Made by a program: the position numbers and the translations under genes. Below, one piece after another: positions 10,094 through 17,900 of a DNA stretch of 64,000 nt. This stretch comes from Nitrospirota bacterium (GTDB lineage: Bacteria > Nitrospirota > Thermodesulfovibrionia > UBA6902 > DSMQ01), in contig JACRGX010000061.1 in assembly GCA_016212185.1 (NCBI GenBank), positions 4,333 to 68,332 on the forward strand, in the 5' to 3' direction. The notes beneath the pieces were generated by a model. It did not search any database. It saw only the letters and a program-made list of their open reading frames with translations, and had not been told where the DNA came from. Position 1 is the first letter of the stretch, and every line of letters starts with the position of its first letter.

Positions 10094-11422
10094 ATGCAGA
10101 AAAATAATCCGGATGTTTTAAAAATGATTGTTAAGCAGTTTTTTATTGTTGCTGTATTTATTTTTTTAGCCGTCAATGCGATATCTGCCGATATTGTTAC
10201 ATTTGAGAAAGAATACACATATCAGTCAAGTGAGATTGACAGCGAGGTTTCATGCAGGATAATTGCGCTGAAACAGGTGAAAAGACTTCTTATTGAGGAA
10301 ATTAAAAATTATCTTGAAAGCAGAGGACTCACAAAGGATTTGCATCTGACAAAAGACCGGATTACCACCATAATTGCAGGGGCAGTCAGTGTTGAGATAA
10401 TAGATGAAAAATGGGATGAGAAGAAATATTTTATTAAAGCCAAAATTTCAGCCAATCCGGACATTACAATCAGAATTATTGATTTCATCCGCAGCGGCGA
10501 ACAAAGGATGAAAGAATTGGAGGCAGTGGACAAAAAATCAGCAGATTTTTTTATGGAACTTGAAAAATTGAGAAAAGAACTGCAGGCGGTTAAGACTGAT
10601 AGCAACGAGCCCGGACTGAGAGATAAAAAGATAATTGCTCAATATAATGAAACTGCAAGGAAATTAGGTGCAACCTACTGGTTTGAACAAGGATATATTG
10701 CCGTAATAACAGCCAATCACAAAGAAATAATAGATGCCTTTACAAAAACCATTGAACTTGACCCCGGATATACAGAGGCTTATCGTCAACGCGGGACTGC
10801 TTATGTGATGTTGAGTAAATTTCAAGAAGCAGTCAGTGATCTTGACAAGGTTATTGAGCAGGACCCCCAAGATGAATGGGCTTATAATAACCGCGGGTTT
10901 GCTTTTAAGGAATTAGGCAGATACCGTGAAGCAATCAAAGATTTAACGCGGGCAGTAGAACTGAATCCCGAACTTCAAATTTATTATAACCGTGGAATTG
11001 CTTATATTAATACCGGCAAATATCAGGAGGCGCTTAAGGACTTTGACAAGGCGATTGAACAAAACCCAAAAAATGAAAAGAATTACTATAACCGGGGGAT
11101 TGCTTACAGAGAATTAGGCAGATATCAGGAGGCAATTAAGGACTTTGACAAAGCCATTGAGATGTTTCCCGGATATGCGCTGGCTTATAACAGCAGGGGG
11201 CTTGCCTACGGCAAATCTGGAAAATATAAAGAGGCTATTAAGGATTTTAACAAGGCTATTGAACTAAATCCAAAAGATGCAGAGGCTTTTAATAACCATG
11301 GAGTTGCAAATTTCAGCCTTGGCAAAGAAAAAGAGGCTGTCAAGGATTTTAAAAAAGCGGCAAAATTAGGGCATAAAGGCGCACAGGAGTATCTGAAATC
11401 ACGGGGCATCAAGTGGGAATGA
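10094..11422 (+). CDS. secreted tetratricopeptide-repeat protein
   Basis: A signal peptide MQKNNPDVLKMIVKQFFIVAVFIFLAVNAISA is followed by nine or more TPR units (AYNNRGFAFKELGRYREAIKDLTRAVELNP and similar). The track ORF begins at 10043 and overlaps the GGDEF gene; the ATG at 10094 is more plausible. Confidence 0.7.
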   Translation: MQKNNPDVLKMIVKQFFIVAVFIFLAVNAISADIVTFEKEYTYQSSEIDSEVSCRIIALKQVKRLLIEEIKNYLESRGLTKDLHLTKDRITTIIAGAVSVEIIDEKWDEKKYFIKAKISANPDITIRIIDFIRSGEQRMKELEAVDKKSADFFMELEKLRKELQAVKTDSNEPGLRDKKIIAQYNETARKLGATYWFEQGYIAVITANHKEIIDAFTKTIELDPGYTEAYRQRGTAYVMLSKFQEAVSDLDKVIEQDPQDEWAYNNRGFAFKELGRYREAIKDLTRAVELNPELQIYYNRGIAYINTGKYQEALKDFDKAIEQNPKNEKNYYNRGIAYRELGRYQEAIKDFDKAIEMFPGYALAYNSRGLAYGKSGKYKEAIKDFNKAIELNPKDAEAFNNHGVANFSLGKEKEAVKDFKKAAKLGHKGAQEYLKSRGIKWE

Positions 11423-11425
11423 CCG

Positions 11426-11629
11426 CTACAAAATCTTTCCCTTCCTGCTGAAAAACTCGCTTAGCGCAAGCCTAATCACAGCGCCCTTGGACCATTTCTG
11501 ACCTGTTTCTTTTGAATAATCCTTTGCAAGCTCTTTAAGCGCCTCAAGGACTTCTTCCTCAAGATAAGCAGAAACCTTCTTCAGTTTTTCATGGTCAGTG
11601 CTCATAAGAATATTATACATCTTCAGCAT
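11426..11629 (-). CDS. ribbon-helix-helix (CopG/Arc family) small DNA-binding protein, apparently orphan
   Basis: RHH pattern KVSAYLEEEVLEALKELAKDYSKETGQKWSKGAVIRLALSEFF. The likely start is the internal Met at 11605. No toxin-like partner is adjacent. Confidence 0.4.
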   Translation of the reverse strand: MLKMYNILMSTDHEKLKKVSAYLEEEVLEALKELAKDYSKETGQKWSKGAVIRLALSEFFSRKGKIL

Positions 11630-11643
11630 GTATATAGTTAGTG

Positions 11644-11985
11644 AGCAGGCATAAATACCCTCTAAATTCCAGGAAAACAGTAAAATTATTGAATGTCATG
11701 CTGCAAATTTTGTGGTTTTTGCTCAGGACTATTGAATAGAAGGCAGCATGACTTTAATGTACTGCCCTGAAATTCTTCAGACATCCATCCCTGCTTGTCT
11801 TACACGCAGGGATGAACGCTTGAAGCGGCAGGTATAGGTATCTGAAAAAGCTTTAGAGCAACACCGCTGAATGTCATGTTGCCTTTTTGGGATGTTGGTT
11901 TAAAGAGAAGACTTTAAAGTTTGCAACATGACTTGTTATTATTATTGTTGCGTTCTAAAGATTTTGAAGGTATCTATACCTGTCG
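11644..11985. repeat. family-2 structured dispersed repeat (~340 bp), full copy 1
   Basis: About 90% identical to 29254..29573 over its whole length. It contains the internal inverted repeats gtcatgctgc/gcagcatgac and atgtcatgttgc/gcaacatgac. It sits between the RHH gene and the ampG stop. Confidence 0.8.
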
Positions 11986-11998
11986 CCAATAGCTATAA

Positions 11999-13240
11999 TT
12001 ATTTGTGTTTTTCAGAGTTCCATGGCGCGAATTTCACAAGAAGCAGTATCCCCGGAACTGCTATTAAAGTGCACACAATAAAAAAACCTTCCCATCCGGT
12101 GTTTTTTGCCAGAAAACCCGTAGGCGCTGAGGCAAGCACCCTCGGAACTCCCATGAGACTGCTTAAAAGCGCATATTGTGTTGCGGTAAACTTTTTATTC
12201 GTGATGCTTGCCATGAAAGCGACATATGCGGTTGTGCCCATGCCGCCTGTCAGGTTCTCAAAGCCGATTACTGCGGACAATGCAGGCAGGCTGTGCCCGA
12301 TGCGCGCAAGTACGGCAAAGCCGGCGGTAGATACAGCCTGAAGAAAACCAAATATCCACAGCGAGCGGTTGATCCCGAGCCTGAGCATGATTATTCCGCC
12401 CGTGAGACTGCCTGCGATTGTAGCCCAGAAACCAAACAATTTGACTATGGCCCCGATTTCTGTTTTCGTAAAACCCAGGTCCAGATAAAAGGGCGTTGTC
12501 ATTGCGCTTGCCATGGTGTCGCCGATTTTGTATAAGAGTATAAATGCCAGCATCCATAATGCACCCTGACGGCTGAAATATTCCCTGAGAGGATTTAAAA
12601 CAGCATCTCTTAAACTCGCGGGCGGAGCAACTGCAACTTGGGGTTCTCTTACCGTCAATGTGGTTATGCCTCCGATTAGCATACAGCCTGCCATTATTAT
12701 ATAAACCATGCGAAATGACATGTAATCTGCCATTATCAATCCGCCGCCTGAAGCCAGAAGCATTCCCACGCGGTATCCGTTGACATATAATGAAGACCCA
12801 AGCCCCAATTCTTCATCAGCTAAGTCCTCCCTACGGTAGGCATCCACAACAATATCCTGAGAGGCGCTGAAGAAGGTCACAAGGAGCGCTGCAGAGGCTA
12901 ACATCCATGGATTTTTTACGGGGTCAGTGAAAGCAAGCGCGACAACAGATAAAATTAAAAAAAACTGCGCCATAAGCATCCAACCTCTCCGTCTGCCCAG
13001 AAACGGCAGGGTAAAGCGGTCAAGCAAGGGAGCCCATAGGAATTTTATTGTATATGGCAGACCGACAAGCGCCATCAGCCCTATTAGCGTCAGATCTACC
13101 CCCTCTTCCTTCATCCAGGCCTGCAGTACTGTTATGGTTAAAAGCAGGGGCAGGCCGCAGGCAAAACCCATGACAAAGGCTGTCAGCATGCGGCTGCTGA
13201 AAATTGATTTCAGAATGGGTTTGCGTTTTTCAGATAGCAT
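11999..13240 (-). CDS. ampG: MFS transporter, AmpG/PAT-family muropeptide permease
   Basis: 413 aa and about 12 TM helices. The AmpG-like N-terminus reads LAFSSRMLTAFVMGFACGLPLLLTITVLQAWMKEEGVDLTLIGLMALVGLPYTIKFLWAPLLDRF. Confidence 0.75.
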   Translation of the reverse strand: MLSEKRKPILKSIFSSRMLTAFVMGFACGLPLLLTITVLQAWMKEEGVDLTLIGLMALVGLPYTIKFLWAPLLDRFTLPFLGRRRGWMLMAQFFLILSVVALAFTDPVKNPWMLASAALLVTFFSASQDIVVDAYRREDLADEELGLGSSLYVNGYRVGMLLASGGGLIMADYMSFRMVYIIMAGCMLIGGITTLTVREPQVAVAPPASLRDAVLNPLREYFSRQGALWMLAFILLYKIGDTMASAMTTPFYLDLGFTKTEIGAIVKLFGFWATIAGSLTGGIIMLRLGINRSLWIFGFLQAVSTAGFAVLARIGHSLPALSAVIGFENLTGGMGTTAYVAFMASITNKKFTATQYALLSSLMGVPRVLASAPTGFLAKNTGWEGFFIVCTLIAVPGILLLVKFAPWNSEKHK

Positions 13241-13397
13241 CGTATCTCAATAGTTTTGTCTTTGAGGACGCAGACATTGCTCAAAAATTTATTTAACCTG
13301 ATGATGATATTGAAAGTATCTTTAAACGCTGATAATTAATATTTACCGTCAAACATTAGTTAAATGTGCGTTAAGGTATCAGAAAATAAATTTTTTC

Positions 13398-14141
13398 TCA
13401 ACATCTGCATCCTCCGTATTCTATAGAAAATTTTGGTCTTAAAATAATCATTCCCGGTTTATTCCTTATGTACTCCCTGAAATTCTGCTCAACCACCTTT
13501 CCCTTTTCAGAGGAGGCGTGTCTTAAATTGACTGCATTGCCGTTTTTAATAATAATCCCGACATGCGAAACATCAAGCCCCTGCATATCCGAATATATCC
13601 CCGCATAATCGCCTGTCTTGATTTTATCCATCACAGCATCATCAATAACGCCTGAAGGAATATATTTAATCTCTCTCCGAACAGGCTTAATGCCGTTTAT
13701 AAAAAATGTGCCGTCTGCTTTTTTATTCAGGATTTTAGCGATGATTTTTGTCTTTCTGCCGCCGGTTTTTGCCGTAACATCATCAATAAACTCCGAATTA
13801 AACTCTCTCCAGTCTGTAAAAAAGTGATTTCTGTTTTCAAACGCTATTTTCCCGTTTCTGTACCTTACATTTTTTAGATTTTCCATAAATTCAGAAAATG
13901 AGCCTGACAGCCGCATTGACTCTATGTAATCAAGATAGGTAAAGCAGTCAATGCCTGAAAGATTTACCGCAAGAACTTCCGGAATATCAGCACTGCCGGT
14001 TAGAGTGGATTCTTTATAATCAATATTAAGAAAATGCCGTGAAAGAAAATCTATGCGCGCGCCGGTGTCTTTAATTTTCGCGGATTGATGCAGTAAGCTG
14101 TCAAGTTTATTCTGAGTCCATTTGCCTAAAGTGATATGCAC
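13398..14141 (-). CDS. DUF1460-like protein (N-acetylmuramoyl-L-alanine amidase-like / NlpC-P60-like fold)
   Basis: 247 aa. The segment ARIDFLSRHFLNIDYKESTLTGSADIPEVLAVNLSGIDCFTYLDYIESM resembles the DUF1460 N-terminal signature. A candidate nucleophile Cys lies in GIDCFTY and a His in DVSHVG. The family call is from memory and unverified. Confidence 0.4.
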   Translation of the reverse strand: MHITLGKWTQNKLDSLLHQSAKIKDTGARIDFLSRHFLNIDYKESTLTGSADIPEVLAVNLSGIDCFTYLDYIESMRLSGSFSEFMENLKNVRYRNGKIAFENRNHFFTDWREFNSEFIDDVTAKTGGRKTKIIAKILNKKADGTFFINGIKPVRREIKYIPSGVIDDAVMDKIKTGDYAGIYSDMQGLDVSHVGIIIKNGNAVNLRHASSEKGKVVEQNFREYIRNKPGMIILRPKFSIEYGGCRC

Positions 14142-14145
14142 GAAG

Positions 14146-15597
14146 TTATTTTATTATATCCGCCGTGAAAGTATAAAGCTGCGAATTTTTCCACGCATCT
14201 TTCGGAAGCCCTGCCTTAAGCGAGACATTTTCAAGGAATGCGTTTACATCCCATTTATATTCCGTTGCGACCTGCGGAAGCAGTATGCCTGAATTTTCTC
14301 CGCTGACAATAAACAGCCCGTGAACGCCAATTTTTATATCTTTAATATTTTGTAAAGCTACAAGCGGCGAGAGCACGGTTACCTCCACTTCCATATCATT
14401 TAATTCCTCTGCTCTCACAGGCGAGAACCTGTAATCTTTTGATGCCGCCGATACCGCATTTCTGATTACAGACTGATACAGGGGCATGAAGGGCTGAATA
14501 TTGCCTATACAGCCGCGGAGATTGCCCTGCCTGTTTATAGTGACAAAGGTGGCTCCGTTTGCCATCAGCCTCGGGTCTTTTGTTTCAGCCTGCAAGACTT
14601 CGTTGTGTTTGACATAATGGAGAATTGTATTTTTGGCAAGTGAAAGGATCTCTTTTTTTTGCGCCTCTGTAAGCGTGCTCATGTACAAACCCATTGCAGA
14701 ATATCCTACGACCCGGTTTTTATCATTAGTCACATCTCCTGAGTTTGCGTATTTATAAACAACGCCGTTCGTGGCGCCTAATGCCCTTGCAACCGCCATG
14801 GTGAACATCACGGGAAATCCTCCGCACATCTCTCCCTGACCGCTTGCCATAAGCCTCTCAACCTCTTCTGTGGACAACCTGCTTATTGCGTCAATGGTTT
14901 TGCTATCCATATTGACAGCGGTTTCATAGTCATGGTAATGAGAAAGGTCAGTGCTTGCAATGATTATTGCCTTTTCATTTTTCCTGAGTATTTCTGTCAG
15001 CTTTTCCGTAAGGAATTGAAAAGACTCCCTTGTCGGCGAGCCGATAAGAATGGGGACGATGCTGAAATTTTTCAATGACTGCTGAAGAAATGGCATCTGC
15101 ACCTCAAGCGAATGTTCTTTTTCAAAGGCAGCAGGGTAAAAGGCGACATTTGCCTTTTCGTTTATCAGGGATTTTGCGATTTTTTTATTAATCGCTATTT
15201 TCCCGAGAGGCGTCTTCATACTGCCTTTGGTATATACGGACGCGCCTGTAAAGGTACTGTAATGGCTTGGGCCTATGAGAATGACTGTATCAACATCACG
15301 TTCTTTTAAATGCCTGTAAGAGTAGGCGGCGACATGCCCTGAAAACTCATACCCTGCATGCGGGGATATGAGCGCGATTAGCCTGCCGTCAACTGGTTTG
15401 TATTCAGCCGCTGAAAGAAAGCCGTCAACCATTTCCTTCAGGGTCTTGGCATCAGCCGGATAAAAGGCCCCTGCAACAGATGGTTCTTTTACCTTTCCCT
15501 CACATCCGGAAACAATGAACAGCAAACAGCAGACAGTGAACAGTAAACAGTGAACGGTGAACAGTGAACTGTTTACTGTGAACTTACTAAGTCTCAT
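14146..15597 (-). CDS. AmmeMemoRadiSam system fusion protein: Memo-like (protein B) N-terminal domain plus AMMECR1 (protein A) C-terminal domain, with lipoprotein-like signal peptide
   Basis: The Memo signature is SVAGAFYPADAKTLKEMVDGFL...LIALISPHAGYEFSGHVAAYSY. The AMMECR1 signature is RLMANGATFVTINRQGNLRGCIGNIQPFMPLYQSVIRNAVSAASKDYRFSPV. The N-terminus MRLSKFTVNSSLFTVHCLLFTVCCLLFIVSGC ends in a lipobox-like VSGC and is encoded by CAGTGAA-type heptamer repeats. Confidence 0.8.
   Translation of the reverse strand: MRLSKFTVNSSLFTVHCLLFTVCCLLFIVSGCEGKVKEPSVAGAFYPADAKTLKEMVDGFLSAAEYKPVDGRLIALISPHAGYEFSGHVAAYSYRHLKERDVDTVILIGPSHYSTFTGASVYTKGSMKTPLGKIAINKKIAKSLINEKANVAFYPAAFEKEHSLEVQMPFLQQSLKNFSIVPILIGSPTRESFQFLTEKLTEILRKNEKAIIIASTDLSHYHDYETAVNMDSKTIDAISRLSTEEVERLMASGQGEMCGGFPVMFTMAVARALGATNGVVYKYANSGDVTNDKNRVVGYSAMGLYMSTLTEAQKKEILSLAKNTILHYVKHNEVLQAETKDPRLMANGATFVTINRQGNLRGCIGNIQPFMPLYQSVIRNAVSAASKDYRFSPVRAEELNDMEVEVTVLSPLVALQNIKDIKIGVHGLFIVSGENSGILLPQVATEYKWDVNAFLENVSLKAGLPKDAWKNSQLYTFTADIIK
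15514..15585. repeat. degenerate (CAGTGAA)n / (TTCACTG)n heptanucleotide tract
   Basis: aacagcaaacagcagacagtgaacagtaaacagtgaacggtgaacagtgaactgtttactgtgaac. It forms the signal-peptide coding region of the Memo-AMMECR1 fusion. Confidence 0.8.
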
Positions 15598-15792
15598 CTG
15601 TATTCCTCCAGAACATAGCTTTCTTGGGTTCGGATTTTACAGCGGGTTTAATCTTTTTATAAAAAAGGCTGACGAGCCCGCCTAAAAGAAAGAAACCTAA
15701 AAAATCTCTCCTTGTCATGATATTAACCCCCAAACCTTTTCTGAAGCAGACATAAATTCCCTCAAAAATTTTAGAATGCAAAAATTTATTAA

Positions 15793-15953
15793 GTTTTCAA
15801 TACCCAATTCCGAAAGTCTTCGGGACCGTGGGGTTTCCTTATACTTCCCTCCACCTTGACGGGGGAGGGCGAGGGTGGGGGTGATTAAGATGCTGTTTCC
15901 ACCCTCCCCTTCATCCCCTCCCGTCAAGGGAGGGGAGACTTTAGGATACCCTG
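15793..15953. mobile_element. MITE-like GC-rich palindromic dispersed element, copy A (~160 bp)
   Basis: Near-identical to 32243..32404, and its core matches 25905..26020. It has long imperfect inverted arms cccttgacgggggagggcgagggtggggg / caccctcccc..tcccctcccgtcaaggg. It lies between the radical SAM gene and the Memo fusion gene. The track ORF 15715..16032 is just its translation. Confidence 0.8.
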
Positions 15954-15989
15954 CGATATTCGCCATTTCTCTAAAATTATTGCTATCCC

Positions 15990-16964
15990 TCATCCCCATA
16001 CCCCCGGAATGACAGCACCGCAGAATCTGCACCTGCCTCCGGAAATATTATTCCGCATAACTGCATAACCGATTCTCGCAATCAGAAGCTGTTTGCAGTG
16101 ATGACAGTATGTGTTCTCAGCATCGCTCCGCATATTGCCGATATAAACGTATCTGAGCCCTGCATCCATTGCCGCTGAGTGCGCATCCCTCAGCGTCTCA
16201 ACAGGTGTAGGGGGCAGATTGGTTAATTTATAATACGGGAAAAACCTTGAAAAGTGTATCGGGATGTCGGCGCCGAGGTTTTTAACAATCCACCTGCACA
16301 TCTCCGTTATAGTTTTTACATCATCATTAAGAGTAGGGATAACGAGATTGGTAATCTCAAGCCATACACCTTCCCGTCTAAGCGTTACAAGAGTATCCAG
16401 CACGGGTTTCAGCATTCCCCCGCATATCCTGTTGTAAAAATCCTCTGTAAATGCCTTCAGGTCCACGTCTGCCGCATCCATATATTTTGAAAGCTCCCTC
16501 AGCGGTTTTTCATTAATATAACCGCATGTGTGCATAGTGTTTTTCACATTAAAATTCCGGGCGATTTTAGCAGTATCAAACATGTATTCATAAAATACAG
16601 TCGGCTCAGTGTAGGTGTAGGTTATGGTCCTGCAGTTGTTGAACATTGCCTGCCTTACGACTTCGTCAGGAGGCAGGTCAAGGTTATCGGCGTCTTCAGG
16701 CTTTGCCTGAGATATCTGCCAGTTCTGGCAGAACTTGCATCCGAGCACACAGCCTGCAGTTGCAATTGAAAATGCCGTTGTTGCGGGAAGGAAGTGATAA
16801 AACGGCTTTTTCTCAATGGGGTCAATGGCGACTGAACACGGCTTTCCGTACACAAGGCTGTAAAGGACGCCGCCTTTGTTAATCCTTGCCCTGCATCCGC
16901 CAACCTGATAATCCTCAAGCAGGCATTCCGTGGGGCAAAGCTCGCACAGCACCTTCTTGCTCAT
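15990..16964 (-). CDS. AmmeMemoRadiSam system radical SAM enzyme
   Basis: 324 aa. A CxxxCxxC-type cluster lies in TAGCVLGCKFCQNWQIS, with an extra N-terminal Cys motif CELCPTEC. It sits beside the Memo/AMMECR1 gene, as is typical for this three-component system. Confidence 0.85.
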   Translation of the reverse strand: MSKKVLCELCPTECLLEDYQVGGCRARINKGGVLYSLVYGKPCSVAIDPIEKKPFYHFLPATTAFSIATAGCVLGCKFCQNWQISQAKPEDADNLDLPPDEVVRQAMFNNCRTITYTYTEPTVFYEYMFDTAKIARNFNVKNTMHTCGYINEKPLRELSKYMDAADVDLKAFTEDFYNRICGGMLKPVLDTLVTLRREGVWLEITNLVIPTLNDDVKTITEMCRWIVKNLGADIPIHFSRFFPYYKLTNLPPTPVETLRDAHSAAMDAGLRYVYIGNMRSDAENTYCHHCKQLLIARIGYAVMRNNISGGRCRFCGAVIPGVWG

Positions 16965-17113
16965 GCTTAATTATAACTTAAAAAGGCTATTAACCACAGA
17001 GGACACAGGAAAAATATTCATTGTAAATTTATCATTGCAAAGTTAGCATTTTAAAATTTGCAATTTGAAATGATAATTGATAATTTTGCAATAATATTGT
17101 GGCAAGGACCGGT

Positions 17114-17314
17114 CTATTCCTTCTCCCGCCAGTACATCCCCTTATGCAGGCTCAGCCCTTTTTGAGAAATCACATTCTCATAATAAACCTTTCGCTCAAG
17201 ATAGCCTTCTATCCCTGGCATTAGATACTCCTGAAGAATGTTATAAGAGAGCGTCAGGGCTATGAGAATTGCCGAAAAATATGTTAAAAGCTTAAATTTC
17301 CTTTCGTTGTTCAT
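17114..17314 (-). CDS. small hypothetical membrane protein (one predicted TM helix)
   Basis: 66 aa. Hydrophobic stretch LLTYFSAILIALTLSYNIL. It starts 7 nt after the stop of the upstream antitoxin-like gene on the same strand. Confidence 0.3.
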   Translation of the reverse strand: MNNERKFKLLTYFSAILIALTLSYNILQEYLMPGIEGYLERKVYYENVISQKGLSLHKGMYWREKE

Positions 17315-17320
17315 GTGCGA

Positions 17321-17530
17321 TTATTTTTTCGCAAACATATCATTAAAAGAAACAGTTTTTAATTTCCCGGCTTTATAGGCTTTCAGTCTTTTCTCTGCTT
17401 CCTCTGCCCAAATTTTTTCAATTTCAGGGTCTGGAACATCCAGGCTTTTCATTAAGGCTTCAATCACTATGGATTTTTCCGCTGGTTTAAGGTGCAATGC
17501 TTTTGATATTATTTCTTTTGTTGGCGACAT
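17321..17530 (-). CDS. putative addiction-module antitoxin component (TIGR02574-like)
   Basis: 69 aa. MSPTKEIISKALHLKPAEKSIVIEALMKSLDVPDPEIEKIWAEEAEKRLKAYKAGKLKTVSFNDMF matches the conserved pattern of this family (ALxLP.EER..L...L..SLD.PD.EI...W..E...R...Y..G). Confidence 0.65.
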   Translation of the reverse strand: MSPTKEIISKALHLKPAEKSIVIEALMKSLDVPDPEIEKIWAEEAEKRLKAYKAGKLKTVSFNDMFAKK

Positions 17531-17760
17531 AATTTTTACCTCCCAAATATCTTTTATGTTCTGATAAATTATAGCATAAATTTACAAACTTAATTATAAG
17601 AATCCTGCGAGTTGGGTTGTACGGGTTAGGTCTTGAAATATAAGGCTGTATCAGAAAGGATATTCGTTGAGAGATACAACGGATTATTTAGACGTTCATT
17701 GCTGCTGTTGTCAGTAAGATGATAATAAAAACAGAATAAAAATGATATTTCAAGATCTGA

Positions 17761-17785
17761 CCCCAATCCCCGACCCCAATCCCCA
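17761..17785. repeat. CCCCAAT-type heptamer repeat (STRR1-like)
   Basis: ccccaatccccgaccccaatcccc, in an intergenic region. Confidence 0.6.
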
Positions 17786-17854
17786 CGTTAAAAGAATTTA
17801 CACAAAAGTCTTGACACTACCTAAAGCGGTTTCCACGCCCGACGATTAACTTTG

Positions 17855-17880
17855 CTTTACTTTATATGATATAAGTAAAG
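17855..17880 (+). promoter_or_regulatory. imperfect palindrome ctttactt-N10-aagtaaag, candidate operator of the AbrB/MazE-type gene
   Basis: Inverted arms CTTTACTT / AAGTAAAG lie 20 nt upstream of RBS GGAAGGAGG and the ATG at 17901. A TTGACA hexamer lies at 17811-17816. Confidence 0.4.
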
Positions 17881-17900
17881 CAAGGGAAGGAGGTGTTTTT

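Noticed and set aside
15587-15718. 44-codon ORF with a twin-arginine-like N-terminus (MTRRDFLGFFLLGGLV) overlapping the Memo-AMMECR1 start
   Set aside because: It is too short and has no domain beyond a hydrophobic stretch. It cannot be fused to the downstream gene by repeat slippage, because its stop codon lies upstream of the heptamer tract. It is kept only as a low-confidence note inside the AmmeMemoRadiSam finding.
15715-16032. Track ORF of 105 aa (..GYPKVSPPLTGGDEGEGGNSILITPTLALPRQGGGKYK..) and the identical peptide at the N-terminus of ORF 31598..32428
   Set aside because: Both are translations of the MITE-like palindromic element, copies A and C. The shared peptide reflects DNA repeat identity, not a protein family. 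The pal gene is better started at 32209.
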